Assembly (NCBI GenBank): GCA_964615415.1
Contig: CAZTNI010000002.1
Coordinates: 104,687 to 168,686 of the forward strand
Length of the DNA stretch: 64,000 nucleotides
Origin: an uncultured Candidatus Saccharibacteria bacterium
GTDB taxonomy: Bacteria > Patescibacteriota > Minisyncoccia > Phycocordibacterales > SBAW01
Direction: 5' to 3'
Positions 9,512-19,802 of the stretch are shown here, piece by piece. Numbering within the stretch: the stretch's first letter is position 1; each line of letters starts with the position of its first letter. The notes below the pieces were generated by a model. That model searched no databases, was not told the DNA's origin, and worked only from the letters and a program-made list of their open reading frames with translations. The position numbers and the translations under genes were made by a program.

Positions 9512-9910
9512 ATGTTGATAAAACTCTACGCTATTGCGCTGCCGATTTGTTTCCTGCTCGATTTGGTATGGATTGGGTTTGTTGCCAACGGTTTTTACCG
9601 CACACAGTTAGGTGAGTTGATGAAAACCAACATCACCTGGTCTGCCGCTATTAGTTTCTACGTATTGTTTATTATCGGCCTTGTCTTTTTTGTAATAGCA
9701 CCTGCAGTTGAAAAACAATCACTGCTGTACGCGCTCGGAGCGGGAGCATTTTTTGGGCTTATTGCGTACGCAACCTATGACCTTACTAACCTTGCCACAA
9801 TAAAAAACTGGCCGCTTATTGTTTCGATAGTAGATATGGTGTGGGGTGCAGTACTTGCAGCGATTGTGTCGGGGGCAACATATTTCATTGCCACAAAACT
9901 TCACTGGTAG
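9512..9910 (+). CDS. DUF2177 family membrane protein
   Basis: LDLVWIG...FY...YATYDLTNLAT.KNWP....VDMVWG. Confidence 0.85.
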   Translation: MLIKLYAIALPICFLLDLVWIGFVANGFYRTQLGELMKTNITWSAAISFYVLFIIGLVFFVIAPAVEKQSLLYALGAGAFFGLIAYATYDLTNLATIKNWPLIVSIVDMVWGAVLAAIVSGATYFIATKLHW

Positions 9911-9914
9911 GTAT

Positions 9915-10424
9915 ATGCGGCGAGTTACCGTTAACGACAAGATGCAGCAAGGGTACCAGTACACCTGTACTGAACCAGTAGGAAAACATTTTGATCCGCG
10001 TTTTAAGCCCGAACTAACTCCTAAGCAAATGCTCGCGCTCGGTGTGTTTGGTGGTGTGTATATGCGCGACTGCACGAAAGAATTTCCGAAAGAGTGGTTT
10101 ACTAAAGCAAAGTTCCAAAAGAAGGGGAGTTATGAGCACGACCCAAAGCTCAATTACTTTAAAGTGAATGCAAGCCAGCCGCTTTCGGTCTGGCGTAAGA
10201 AAGGATGGATACATGCAGACGACCCGCGGGGTTGGTTTCAGTGGTACTGTCGATACTACATGGGACGACGAGGTCCGGACGACGAGCGACAAATTAAACG
10301 ATGGGTTGCGATCCGTCGACACATTATGCAAATTAAAAATCACTGCACAGTGGGTGATAAAAACTGCCACACCAAACAACGCCAAGCAGTACTTCATTGG
10401 GCGTACGATAGCAGGAAGATGTAA
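9915..10424 (+). CDS. Conserved hypothetical protein (GWFQWYCRYY family)
   Basis: LTPKQML.LGVFGG.Y, DPRGWFQWYCRYYMGRR..DD.RQIKRW, RQA.LHWAYD. Confidence 0.75.
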   Translation: MRRVTVNDKMQQGYQYTCTEPVGKHFDPRFKPELTPKQMLALGVFGGVYMRDCTKEFPKEWFTKAKFQKKGSYEHDPKLNYFKVNASQPLSVWRKKGWIHADDPRGWFQWYCRYYMGRRGPDDERQIKRWVAIRRHIMQIKNHCTVGDKNCHTKQRQAVLHWAYDSRKM

Positions 10425-10496
10425 AGCGTCTTCCTGATTTCTTCATGTTTCTTGGTATACCTTTATGCCGTTACTAAATAACGGTTTTTAAAAGGT

Positions 10497-11060
10497 ATGA
10501 ATAAGCAGACTATTATTGGTATTTTGGTATTTCTGGTGCTTGTGGCAGTAGGTGTGTGGTACTTCACTTCCGGTCCTTCAGTTACCCCTGAGGTTGAAGA
10601 AAATAATAATCAGACCGCTACAACAACTACCTCGGGCACGCAAAACTCAACGGGTGCTACTAGTGGTGCTACCCGCGGCACAGGTACGTTAAGTGCTGCT
10701 ATTACACGTGGCGGTAATTACACCTGCAGCGTCAACACTAATCGCGATGGTATTACAACAAAAGGTACGGTGTATGTTGAAGGAACTAAAACTCGGGTAA
10801 ATCTTCGCATCGAGCCGACAACAGGCGCACCAGTTGAAACACACGTTATTCGTACGGGTGGATGGGCGTACACATGGACTGAAGGTCAGACCACAGGAAG
10901 CAAGACTCGCGTTACTACTACCAGCGCTATCGTGCCTCAGGCACAGGGAGCAGGAAGTATTGTAGATGAGGGCGCTACCTTTGATTGGGAGTGTCGTGCA
11001 TGGATTCCTGATCAAGAAGAATTTACGCCTCCTACCCAAATTACTTTTACAGAAGCGTAA
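10497..11060 (+). CDS. Membrane-anchored hypothetical protein
   Basis: N-terminal TM, Thr-rich linker, two-Cys beta-rich domain. Confidence 0.7.
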   Translation: MNKQTIIGILVFLVLVAVGVWYFTSGPSVTPEVEENNNQTATTTTSGTQNSTGATSGATRGTGTLSAAITRGGNYTCSVNTNRDGITTKGTVYVEGTKTRVNLRIEPTTGAPVETHVIRTGGWAYTWTEGQTTGSKTRVTTTSAIVPQAQGAGSIVDEGATFDWECRAWIPDQEEFTPPTQITFTEA

Positions 11061-11171
11061 CAACAAAAACTCCCCGGTAGGGGAGTTTTTGTTTAATCCT
11101 GTTAAAAACTGTAGGTAAAGCGTAAAAATAATGGTATAACTACCAACGTATATTATTTTTTAAGATTTAGT

Positions 11172-11429
11172 ATGGCTACCAAAAAAGCTTCAGCGTTCAT
11201 GAAACCAATGACTATTAGTGGAGACCTCGCAGCAGTGGTGGGCAAGGGTCCTATGCCTCGCTCAGAAGTAGTAAAGAAGCTCTGGGCCTACATTAAGAAG
11301 AATGGCCTTCAAGACGCAAAGAATAAGCGCAACATTAATGCTGACGATACTCTCAAGAAAGTATTCGGTGGCAAAAAGACAGTCAGTATGTTCGAAATGA
11401 CAAAACTCGTTTCGAAGCACCTTTCCTAA
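11172..11429 (+). CDS. SWIB/MDM2 domain protein
   Basis: PRSEVVKKLWAYIKKNGLQD.KNKRNINAD..LKKVFG...VSMFEMTKLVSKHL. Confidence 0.92.
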   Translation: MATKKASAFMKPMTISGDLAAVVGKGPMPRSEVVKKLWAYIKKNGLQDAKNKRNINADDTLKKVFGGKKTVSMFEMTKLVSKHLS

Positions 11430-11435
11430 TTGCGA

Positions 11436-12203
11436 ATGGAAAAACGGGCGAACAACGAAACATCATGGGGCAAGGTGGCTGACTGGTATGGCGAGTATTT
11501 AGCCAACCCAGACAGCTACCAGGCTCAAGTGGTGCTTCCTAACCTTATGCGCATGCTTTCAGTTACGGCTGGAGAGCGCGTGTTGGACCTTGCTTGTGGG
11601 CAAGGTTTTTTCACAAAAGAGATACACAAAGCGGGGGCGAATGTTGTTGGTGCAGATATTTCGGAAGAGTTAGTTGCTGATGCGCGTCGGAATGTTCCAG
11701 GCGTAACCTTTTACGCTGCGCCTGCGTCCCAACTTTCGTTTGCAAAAAATAACGAGTTTGATGCAGTGGTGTGCGTATTGGCTCTCCAAAATATGGAAGA
11801 CCTGAGCGCTGTATGTAAAGAAGTGTCACGAGTATTGGAGCAAAAAGGCCGCTTTCTGATGGTGCTTAACCATCCGGCATTTCGTGTACTCAAGCGCTCA
11901 AGTTGGGGGTGGGACGAAGGGCTTGGGGTACAGTATCGTCGCGTCGACGGGTACCTCTCGGGGGCAAAAATAGAAATAGATATGCATCCGGGTAAAAGTG
12001 GTAAAAAAGTGAAAACAATTTCCTACCATCGCTCGCTCCAAGATTTTTCAAAAGCATTATTTGCTGCTGGGTTTGCTTTGACACGCTGCGAAGAGTGGAT
12101 TTCTCATAAAATCAGCGAACCAGGTCCACGCCAAAAAGCGGAAGATACAGCGCGCAAAGAATTTCCTCTTTTCTTAACACTTGAGGCTCGCAAACTCTCA
12201 TGA
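11436..12203 (+). CDS. Class I SAM-dependent methyltransferase
   Basis: VLDLACGQG, VVGADIS, NHPAFR. Confidence 0.85.
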   Translation: MEKRANNETSWGKVADWYGEYLANPDSYQAQVVLPNLMRMLSVTAGERVLDLACGQGFFTKEIHKAGANVVGADISEELVADARRNVPGVTFYAAPASQLSFAKNNEFDAVVCVLALQNMEDLSAVCKEVSRVLEQKGRFLMVLNHPAFRVLKRSSWGWDEGLGVQYRRVDGYLSGAKIEIDMHPGKSGKKVKTISYHRSLQDFSKALFAAGFALTRCEEWISHKISEPGPRQKAEDTARKEFPLFLTLEARKLS

Positions 12204-12949
12204 AGCAGAAAAAAATATACATATACGGCAAACATGCCGTCACAGAAGCCTTGAAGCACCGTCCGCAAATTGTGCGAGAAATTTCTCTCGCTGCCCAGAT
12301 GGATGACAGAGAGTTGCGTAAGTTGATCCGCGATCGTGCAGTGCCGACGGTGCCGCTCGATGAGCGTAAAGCAACGTCTCAAGTAGAGCGGAATGCACCA
12401 CATCAAGGTGTGATTGCGCTTATTTCGCTTACTGAACTTACGACACCATTTGAAAAATTTCTTGATACGTTTACGCCAACTCCACACACATCGCTGGTGC
12501 TTTTAAGTGAAGTACAAGATCCGCACAATGTGGGGGCGATTATTCGCTCTGCGGCAGCGTTTGGGGTGTCCGCAGTATTGCTGCCCACACATAACCAGTC
12601 TCCAATAACTGGCGTCGTTATTAAAACCTCTGCAGGTATGGCGTTTCGTGTACCGCTCGTAACGCTCGATAATATGCAGCAAGGAGTCGCTCTTCTTAAA
12701 AAGAAAGGTGTTCGGGTCTATGGTCTTACAGCAGGAGGAAAAACATCGGTGACGACAGAACAATTTTCGACCCCTTCGTTATTTGTGTTGGGAAACGAAG
12801 CGGAAGGAGTTGCTCCTGCAGCTAAAGCGCTGTGCGACACGATGCTCTCTATTCCGATCAACGCTCGCGCAGAGTCGCTCAATGTTGCGGCGTCTGCCGC
12901 GGTAGTGCTCTATGCGTGGAGTGCGCAACACAAAGAAGCTTTAGAGTGA
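12200..12949 (+). CDS. TrmH/RlmB family RNA 2'-O-methyltransferase
   Basis: IYGKHAV.EAL, HQGV, QDPHNVGAIIRSA, LGNEAEG, ESLNVAAS. Confidence 0.88.
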   Translation: MKQKKIYIYGKHAVTEALKHRPQIVREISLAAQMDDRELRKLIRDRAVPTVPLDERKATSQVERNAPHQGVIALISLTELTTPFEKFLDTFTPTPHTSLVLLSEVQDPHNVGAIIRSAAAFGVSAVLLPTHNQSPITGVVIKTSAGMAFRVPLVTLDNMQQGVALLKKKGVRVYGLTAGGKTSVTTEQFSTPSLFVLGNEAEGVAPAAKALCDTMLSIPINARAESLNVAASAAVVLYAWSAQHKEALE

Positions 12950-12964
12950 TAGTACAATAAAAGC

Positions 12965-13603
12965 ATGGCTTCGTTTCGTCAGCATGTAACTTTTGGTGCA
13001 CTTATCGGCATTGTTGGTACCACGCTCTTATATTTTTACGCGTTTGTAACCGACCCACTTTTGCTGGCGCTGATATTTGTTGTTACTACTATCGCTTCAT
13101 TTTTACCTGACCTAGACAGCGACTCAGGTGTACCGTTTTATCTACTTTTTGGAATATTCACACTCTTGTGTACCGGCCTAAGCTTGCTCTATGCACTACG
13201 GCACTATCCGCACGATGTGTATTACCTCTTCGGCATTCCTCTTGGAACTGCTCTAGGGGTGTGGTTTGTAGGGGGAACAATACTAAAAAAGTTTACCCAC
13301 CATCGTGGCATGATGCATTCGCTGCCAACGATGCTGATTGTCGGCACAGCGACGTATCTTATTACGCAGTACTTAGGACAAGGAAATACTGTCGCTGCAG
13401 TAGTGGCTGTAGGAGTAATGGCGGGTTTTTTTAGTCACTTAGTCCTTGATGAACTGCATGCAGAGCTCAACATGCAAGGGAAACCATTTGTGGCGCGGCG
13501 TTCTTTAGGAACTGCAATGAAATTATTTTCGCCACAGAAGGGAATTACTGTTTTTACCTATGTTGTGCTCGCGTTTTTGCTCTACAAAGCAGTCACACTC
13601 TAA
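12965..13603 (+). CDS. Membrane-bound metal-dependent hydrolase (YdjM-like)
   Basis: H near N-terminus, LPDLD, HRGMMHS, SHLVLD. Confidence 0.85.
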   Translation: MASFRQHVTFGALIGIVGTTLLYFYAFVTDPLLLALIFVVTTIASFLPDLDSDSGVPFYLLFGIFTLLCTGLSLLYALRHYPHDVYYLFGIPLGTALGVWFVGGTILKKFTHHRGMMHSLPTMLIVGTATYLITQYLGQGNTVAAVVAVGVMAGFFSHLVLDELHAELNMQGKPFVARRSLGTAMKLFSPQKGITVFTYVVLAFLLYKAVTL

Positions 13604-13647
13604 AAATAAACCCGCGGCTTTTCAGCCGCGGGTAAGGGGAGCATGTG

Positions 13648-14217
13648 CTACCAGGTGCAGACGATGACCGGGTTGCTGCCGGAGTCGAGCGAAGTGATTT
13701 CCTCGGCGCGCGCAAGTGCTGCGTTACCTTCCCCGAGGAAGATCACGATGTCGGGCAGAGAAGTGCTGCCACTGCTGTCGGAGCTGTCACTGCCGCTCAT
13801 AGTGTCGGCGGCAATGTATACATCGGTGTGGCCGTCGATCCGAATGTGGGTGCCGAGCGGGATGTAGTCGAGTACGGCGACCATACCCACCTCGAGCCGC
13901 TGACCTTCCGACGTGAGCGGGTAGGGTGTGTAGACCCAGCCATCGTTCTCGTCGTAGCGGATGTAGCGCGTGCCGATGCGTCCCATCTGTTCGAGCAGTA
14001 CGGCGTTGACGAACTCGACCGACACGACCACAGGTTCACTGTTGATGTCGATCGTGACCGGAACGCTGTCCATCTCTTCAGCGATGGGAACGTAGGAAAA
14101 GCCGGCCTCAACGCGTCTGGTCGTTTCGGATGGTGCGCACGAGCCGCCTTCTTGAGCGAACGCACTCGCTCCAGACGCGACAACAAAGAGTGTTGCCGCA
14201 ATAATCGTTCTAAGCAT
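13648..14217 (-). CDS. Secreted hypothetical protein
   Basis: Signal peptide ending ASAFA; GGAGAG SD; ends at hairpin 13610-13633. Confidence 0.6.
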   Translation of the reverse strand: MLRTIIAATLFVVASGASAFAQEGGSCAPSETTRRVEAGFSYVPIAEEMDSVPVTIDINSEPVVVSVEFVNAVLLEQMGRIGTRYIRYDENDGWVYTPYPLTSEGQRLEVGMVAVLDYIPLGTHIRIDGHTDVYIAADTMSGSDSSDSSGSTSLPDIVIFLGEGNAALARAEEITSLDSGSNPVIVCTW

Positions 14218-14527
14218 CGAAGAACTCTCCCAGTTTTGGTGCCGCGGGTGCGGACACTACCATGTACTATGGTGTCACGGCGCGTCTTTTGGGGCAATTA
14301 GTTTTAGTACTACAAGCGACAGGGGAACTTCTTGTCAAACCACCCTTGTAGGTTAGGACGAAGCATCTTGACACTTGTAAATGAAGTATTCAATTACATC
14401 TATCACGTAATATTCAGTGCTCCTGTGCGTTACTACTACCTAAGTAGCGAGGGTGTGTATGACTCGCATGCATATCGCTGCTTCCTTATTACTATATGAT
14501 TATTAGTAATCTAATTAGCACATTGAT

Positions 14528-15790
14528 ATGAAAGTATATGCATATGCAAATTCACTTCGGGAATATGCGCGCATTCTTGCGGTTGCTGCAGTAGGTGTTG
14601 CGGCAGCTTGTATAGCGCTGCCGGCAGCTCAGGCACAAGTAGTCCCTACTGTATCAGCAGAGATACGTAACGCTTCAAATAATACTATTACCAGCAGTCC
14701 TGTGGGTGCTATGGTGCATCTTCGTGCGGTAGTAGCCTCCTCGACCTCATCTACGTCTCCGCAAGGAACGGTAGATTTTATTCGCTACGAAGGAGCAACG
14801 TGTAGTGGCACGGGTACTTCCTTCGAGTCTAATACGACTCTCAATGGAGGCGTAGCACTTTCCGACGCTTTTCCGGCACAGCTTTCGAACACGTCGTTCC
14901 GTGTCCACTATGACGGTCAAGGCGACATGTTTGCACAAGCAACCAGCTCCTGTGTGTCACTTCAAGTCACACAGTTTGATCCGGCACTCGCTCTATCACT
15001 TTCAAGTTCGACAATTCATGCCGGAACATCAGTGTATGCATCTTCAACCTTGAGTAGTGCTACATCGACTGCAGACGGGACACTGACGTACCGTGTGTAC
15101 ACCAACAATTCGTGCACCAACCTCTATGCACAAGCAGGAGTTAAAACGGTAACGAATACAAATATTCCGGGTTCAGATGCTATTCAGTTCAACACCCCGG
15201 GTACGTACTACTGGCAAGGCGTCTACAGTGGTGATGCAGAAAACGAAGCGGCAACGAGTACCTGCAGCAGCGGTATGCTGACTGTTCTTGCAACATCGTC
15301 TACGCCAACCACGACGGGTAACGGCACCATTAGTGGTACGGTATATCACGACAAAAACGGTAACCGCACGTACGATAGTGGTGACACTGGTCTCTCGGGA
15401 TTCACCGTCTGGCTCTTTAAGTTGCCAACCAAACACTACAAAGCAGAGTACGCATTCAAAACAGCGGTCTCTGACACCAACGGTAATTACAGCTTCGCTA
15501 ATCTTCCTGATGGTACCTATCGTGTAGAATTGCACGAACAGAAGAAAAACGGATGGAATCAGAAAACGTCTGACTATAAGTCGATCAGTATTCAAAACGG
15601 GTCTGACCTCGACGATATAGACTTCGGTAATGCATCAACTACCGGCAAAGGTAAAGACAAAGATAAAGATGACGACAAGTGGCGTGGTGGGTGGTGGTCA
15701 TGGGGCGGATGGGTTCGCGATAATAACGCTTCAACAAGTGTAAAAGATTTCCTGGAGCATCTTCGCGAATGGAAATGGAACTGGCGCTAA
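14528..15790 (+). CDS. Secreted Ig-like repeat protein with SdrD B-like domain
   Basis: Signal peptide; two Ig-like repeats (Y.GD/Q...TSSC); ISGTVYHDKNGN..YD.GD.GLSG.TV.L...SDTNGNYSF.NLP.GTYRV. Confidence 0.8.
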   Translation: MKVYAYANSLREYARILAVAAVGVAAACIALPAAQAQVVPTVSAEIRNASNNTITSSPVGAMVHLRAVVASSTSSTSPQGTVDFIRYEGATCSGTGTSFESNTTLNGGVALSDAFPAQLSNTSFRVHYDGQGDMFAQATSSCVSLQVTQFDPALALSLSSSTIHAGTSVYASSTLSSATSTADGTLTYRVYTNNSCTNLYAQAGVKTVTNTNIPGSDAIQFNTPGTYYWQGVYSGDAENEAATSTCSSGMLTVLATSSTPTTTGNGTISGTVYHDKNGNRTYDSGDTGLSGFTVWLFKLPTKHYKAEYAFKTAVSDTNGNYSFANLPDGTYRVELHEQKKNGWNQKTSDYKSISIQNGSDLDDIDFGNASTTGKGKDKDKDDDKWRGGWWSWGGWVRDNNASTSVKDFLEHLREWKWNWR

Positions 15791-15915
15791 CCTCTATCCT
15801 TGTGTGACAAAACAAAAACTCCCTACAGGGAGTTTTTGTTTTTTAACCATTCCTTCATGCACATGTGGTTGTATGAACAGGTGTGTAGGTTTAGTCGCAA
15901 TAATACATAAATCAT

Positions 15916-16461
15916 ATGAAACAATTTACTCTTGGAGTGTTCGCGACCCACGCGGAAGCAGAGCAGGCGATTAATGAGCTACATCGGAGTCTCGGTGTAT
16001 CTACCGATGATATCTCATACGTCTATCGTAACAACAATGGGCAAATTCGAGAGGTCGATGCAAGCGACGTGGCTGACGATACCCCTGGAGAGGGCGCTAC
16101 AAAAGGTGCTGCTATTGGCGGTACGCTAGGTGCGCTCGCCGGGTTAGCAACGTTTGCGGGTATTATTCCTGTTATTGGTCCACTCTTTGCAGCAGGGCCA
16201 CTGGCAGCAGCGCTTGGCTTAACAGGAGCGCTTGGTTCCGCGGCTGCTGGCGGACTTACGGGTGCAGCAGCGGGCGGGGTAGTTGGAGCGTTAGTGAACC
16301 TTGGTGTCAGCGATGAACATGCACAGCAATACGAAGAAAGTATTCGTGCAGGCAGTGTCCTCGTTGCGGTACACACCGATAGTGATATTGATGTTGCCTC
16401 GACACTCGTGAAGCAAGGAGCTGTGGATGTAAACGAGTATTCGCTCGCTTCAGCGATCTAA
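15916..16461 (+). CDS. General stress protein / glycine-zipper membrane protein
   Basis: GVF...AEA..AI..L, GA..GG.LG.LAG...IPVIGP..AAGP, A..YE..I..G.VLV. Confidence 0.75.
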   Translation: MKQFTLGVFATHAEAEQAINELHRSLGVSTDDISYVYRNNNGQIREVDASDVADDTPGEGATKGAAIGGTLGALAGLATFAGIIPVIGPLFAAGPLAAALGLTGALGSAAAGGLTGAAAGGVVGALVNLGVSDEHAQQYEESIRAGSVLVAVHTDSDIDVASTLVKQGAVDVNEYSLASAI

Positions 16462-16542
16462 CGGCACGGTTGCCGAAAAGTCCAAACCATCGTATTATGA
16501 AAGTATCTAGCTCGGGGACCCGAGCTATTTACTTTAAATACT

Positions 16543-18309
16543 ATGGATATCCGAAACATCGCGATTATTGCTCACGTGGACCACGGTAAGACAACGCTTA
16601 CTGACGCTCTTTTGCGTCAAACAGGTGTTGCTGCTGAGGGTGTCTCCATGGACTCTAACGACCTCGAGCGCGAGCGCGGCATTACGATTTATGCGAAAAA
16701 TGCCGCAGTGTTTTATAAAGACACTAAGATCAATATTGTCGACACGCCGGGTCACGCAGACTTCGGCAGTGAAGTAGAGCGTGTGCTCCGCTCGATCGAC
16801 TCGGTGCTGCTTGTGGTCGACGCACAGGAGGGTCCTATGCCACAGACGCGTTTCGTATTGAAGAAGTCGCTTGAACTCGGCCTTAAACCAATTGTGGTTA
16901 TCAATAAAATCGACAAGCCAGCAGCAAACCCTGCACAGGCAGAGGAGCAGGTGCTTGAGTTGTTCTTGGAGCTTGGCGCATCTGACGAGCAGTCTAACTT
17001 TCCAGTTGTGTATGCGATCGGCCGCCAAGGTATTGCAAAGAAAAAACTCGAGGATGATTCGAAAGATTTAACCCCACTTCTCGATACTATTTTGGAAAAG
17101 GTTCCTGCTGCAGATCCTGCAAAGGCATCTTTGCCACTGCGTGCACAGCCGTTTAACCTTGCGTACGACACGTTTATGGGTCGTCTCGCGGTCGTGCGTG
17201 TGTATGAAGGAGCTATCTCTACCGGGCAGAGCGTGTTTGTAAAAAATGCAGACGGTGTTGCGCGTCCGGGTAAGGTAGTAAAAATGTTTTCGTTCAAAGG
17301 CCTTGAACGTGTAGAAACTACTACTGCGGTTGCGGGCGACATTGTCGTGGTTGCTGGCTTTCCAGACATCGATATTGGCGAAACTATTTGCAGCGATGAG
17401 CATGCAGAGATTCTTCCTGTTATTGCGGTTGATGCGCCAACAATCGCGCTTAACTTTATGGTTAACGCCTCTCCTTTTGCTGGTCGCGAAGGAAAGTTTG
17501 TCACAACGCGTCAGATCCGTGAGCGCCTTGAACGCGAACTCGAGGTAAACGTCGGGCTTAAGGTAGATTTTTCATCAGCAGAGGCATACAAAGTGTATGG
17601 TCGTGGCGAAATGCACATTTCAGTATTACTTGAACATATGCGCCGCGAAGGATACGAGATGCAGGTGTCCCAGCCACAAGTTATTTTCCATGAAGAAAAC
17701 GGTGTAAAAATGGAACCGTTTGAAGAAGTGGTTATTGATATCCCAGAACAATACCAAGGTGCAATTATCGAGCGTCTAGGCCAGCGTAAAGTAGTGCTTA
17801 AAGACATGCGCGTGCAAAACGGCGCAGTGCGCATGGTGCTTGAGGGTCCAACGCGCGGGCTCCTTGGCTACCGCTCACAATTTGTGCTCGACACCAAAGG
17901 CGAAGGCATTTTCTCATCTCGCTTTATTGAATTCCGTCCACACGCAGGAGAAATAACGAAGCGCGCAGTAGGCTCTATGGTCTCGATGGCAGCAGGGAAG
18001 GCACTCGGCTTTTCACTCTGGAATTTGCAGGACCGCGGCCAGCTGTACATCGCTCCTACAACAGAAGTGTATGAAGGTATGGTGGTGGGTAATACCTCTA
18101 AGGGTGATGAGATGTTTGTAAACCCAACGAAGGGTAAACAACTTACTAACATGCGCGCATCTGGTTCTGACGAAGCGATGTATCTTACGCCGCCGTATGA
18201 ACTCACGATTGAACGTGGTCTTGAAGTAATGTCTGAGGACGAATATCTCGAAGTGACTCCAAAGTCTGTCCGCCTCCGCAAACAAGGAGGTGTTGCTCGC
18301 AAGTTTTAA
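16543..18309 (+). CDS. typA: Translational GTPase TypA/BipA
   Basis: [55 protein letters not shown]. Confidence 0.97.
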   Translation: MDIRNIAIIAHVDHGKTTLTDALLRQTGVAAEGVSMDSNDLERERGITIYAKNAAVFYKDTKINIVDTPGHADFGSEVERVLRSIDSVLLVVDAQEGPMPQTRFVLKKSLELGLKPIVVINKIDKPAANPAQAEEQVLELFLELGASDEQSNFPVVYAIGRQGIAKKKLEDDSKDLTPLLDTILEKVPAADPAKASLPLRAQPFNLAYDTFMGRLAVVRVYEGAISTGQSVFVKNADGVARPGKVVKMFSFKGLERVETTTAVAGDIVVVAGFPDIDIGETICSDEHAEILPVIAVDAPTIALNFMVNASPFAGREGKFVTTRQIRERLERELEVNVGLKVDFSSAEAYKVYGRGEMHISVLLEHMRREGYEMQVSQPQVIFHEENGVKMEPFEEVVIDIPEQYQGAIIERLGQRKVVLKDMRVQNGAVRMVLEGPTRGLLGYRSQFVLDTKGEGIFSSRFIEFRPHAGEITKRAVGSMVSMAAGKALGFSLWNLQDRGQLYIAPTTEVYEGMVVGNTSKGDEMFVNPTKGKQLTNMRASGSDEAMYLTPPYELTIERGLEVMSEDEYLEVTPKSVRLRKQGGVARKF

Positions 18310-18328
18310 CTAACGATACATAAAAAAG

Positions 18329-18354
18329 AGGCGAGGTCTTATAAGACCTCGCCT
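18329..18354. terminator. Bidirectional intrinsic terminator (typA / NAMPT); left boundary of NAD island
   Basis: AGGCGAGGTCTT-at-AAGACCTCGCCT with A-rich and T-rich flanks. Confidence 0.75.
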
Positions 18355-18361
18355 TTATTTG

Positions 18362-19777
18362 TTACAGAACCTGCGCACGGGAGCGAATCTCGGCGAAGGT
18401 GTATTCATGGAGTACTTTCCCGTTTACAAACACCGGCACCAGCACGTTCTCGAGGTTTTGAACAATCGCATCTTCCTCGCGGATCGTGCGGTAGGTGCCG
18501 TCTTCCTCGACGAGAGCCAGTCGACCGGCCTTCGAGCGCTTGCCCGGGTCGGTCACGGGGTCCTTGATCACGTCGTGCCAGGTACCGTCGACATCGACCG
18601 CAGAGCATTTGATCGCGAACTTCTGCGTATCGCGATTCATATTCTGCAGTAGTCCGCCGCCGGAGCCGAACGCAACGTTGTCTGCAGACCAGCCCGCCTC
18701 CTTCATCGCTTCGAGTACGACACCGAGCATTGTGTAGTCGATGCCGTCGCCCTGGATGACACGCACCTTCGGGTTGAGGACCTTGTACCCCTTCTCGTTG
18801 GTGGTGTATCCGAAGGCACTGCCGAGTGCTTCGAGCACCTTCACGACGACATCGGGCGGATTGCCCGAGTCCGGGCGTACCACTAGGGTGCCGTCGCGGG
18901 CCAGGACCTGCTCACGCAACTCCTTGCCCCAGAGCTCGGTGCATGCCCGGTAGATGTCGAAGCTGTCAGAGACGACAGCGACGAGGCCGGTCGGGTACTG
19001 TTCGAGCATGTTGCGGTACGCGTCCGCCTCCTTGTTGCGACCCCACGAAGTAATTGTGGAGTGCTCCGCAGCGGGGATCGAGTATCCCGCCATCGGCTCG
19101 TGGTAGTACTTGCGCGCGACACGAGTCGCCTGGAGCGTGTCGGTGCCGCGGAAGGAAACCAAGTGTGCGGCGCCGCCGAGGCCCGCGGACTCGACCGAAG
19201 TCGAACCGCGGAAGCCGAAGTCGTGGACCTTGAAGTCGATCAGCGCAGGAGTACCGGTCTGCTCCAGATAGGAGAGGACTAATCTCCGCATCTCACGGCT
19301 CTGAGTCGCCACGGTGGTGGGGTACCAGAGCATCGAGAGTAGGGTCTCGACATAGTTGGTGATCCACGGTAGTTCCGGATCCGTATTTTCGATCGTCATC
19401 AGCACGTTGCGGGTCGGAACCGAAATTCCTTCCGGCACTGCCTTGATGATGACCGGCAGCCGTCCGCCGTGAACGTTCAGGATACGATCCCATCCGTCAC
19501 GGTTGTAGACGCCCGGAGTGCCGAAGTGTGCAGCAAAATCTTCTGCCGCTTCCTCGACATTCTGCCGGTTGACGACCGGACCCTCGAGATACCGCTTGAG
19601 ATAGTACTGCAGTCCAAAGAAGGTGGTGCTCGCAAAGAGGCCACCCCGGCTTTCGAAGAAGGAATACACCTTCCTCGTTTTGGGCGGGTACTGCCGCCAG
19701 TGCGAGACCTTGTAGCTGTCGGTCAACTCGACCGTATTGACTTCGTCTTCGACGAAGAGGCGAGGATTGTAGTTCAT
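18362..19777 (-). CDS. nadV: Nicotinamide phosphoribosyltransferase (NAMPT)
   Basis: TDSYKVSH, HDFGFRG, SIPAAEHST, VVSDSFD, RPDSG, IQGDG, FGSGGGLLQ..NRDT, KDPVTD.GKRSK.GRL; AAGGAG SD before ATG at 19777. Confidence 0.93.
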   Translation of the reverse strand: MNYNPRLFVEDEVNTVELTDSYKVSHWRQYPPKTRKVYSFFESRGGLFASTTFFGLQYYLKRYLEGPVVNRQNVEEAAEDFAAHFGTPGVYNRDGWDRILNVHGGRLPVIIKAVPEGISVPTRNVLMTIENTDPELPWITNYVETLLSMLWYPTTVATQSREMRRLVLSYLEQTGTPALIDFKVHDFGFRGSTSVESAGLGGAAHLVSFRGTDTLQATRVARKYYHEPMAGYSIPAAEHSTITSWGRNKEADAYRNMLEQYPTGLVAVVSDSFDIYRACTELWGKELREQVLARDGTLVVRPDSGNPPDVVVKVLEALGSAFGYTTNEKGYKVLNPKVRVIQGDGIDYTMLGVVLEAMKEAGWSADNVAFGSGGGLLQNMNRDTQKFAIKCSAVDVDGTWHDVIKDPVTDPGKRSKAGRLALVEEDGTYRTIREEDAIVQNLENVLVPVFVNGKVLHEYTFAEIRSRAQVL

Positions 19778-19802
19778 GAGAGTGTCTCCTTTTGTATTGC
19801 GA

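Noticed and set aside
16534-17028. Plausible-looking antisense ORFs over typA (and similarly over uvrB, uvrA, cyoB)
   Set aside because: Shadow ORFs of highly conserved plus-strand genes.
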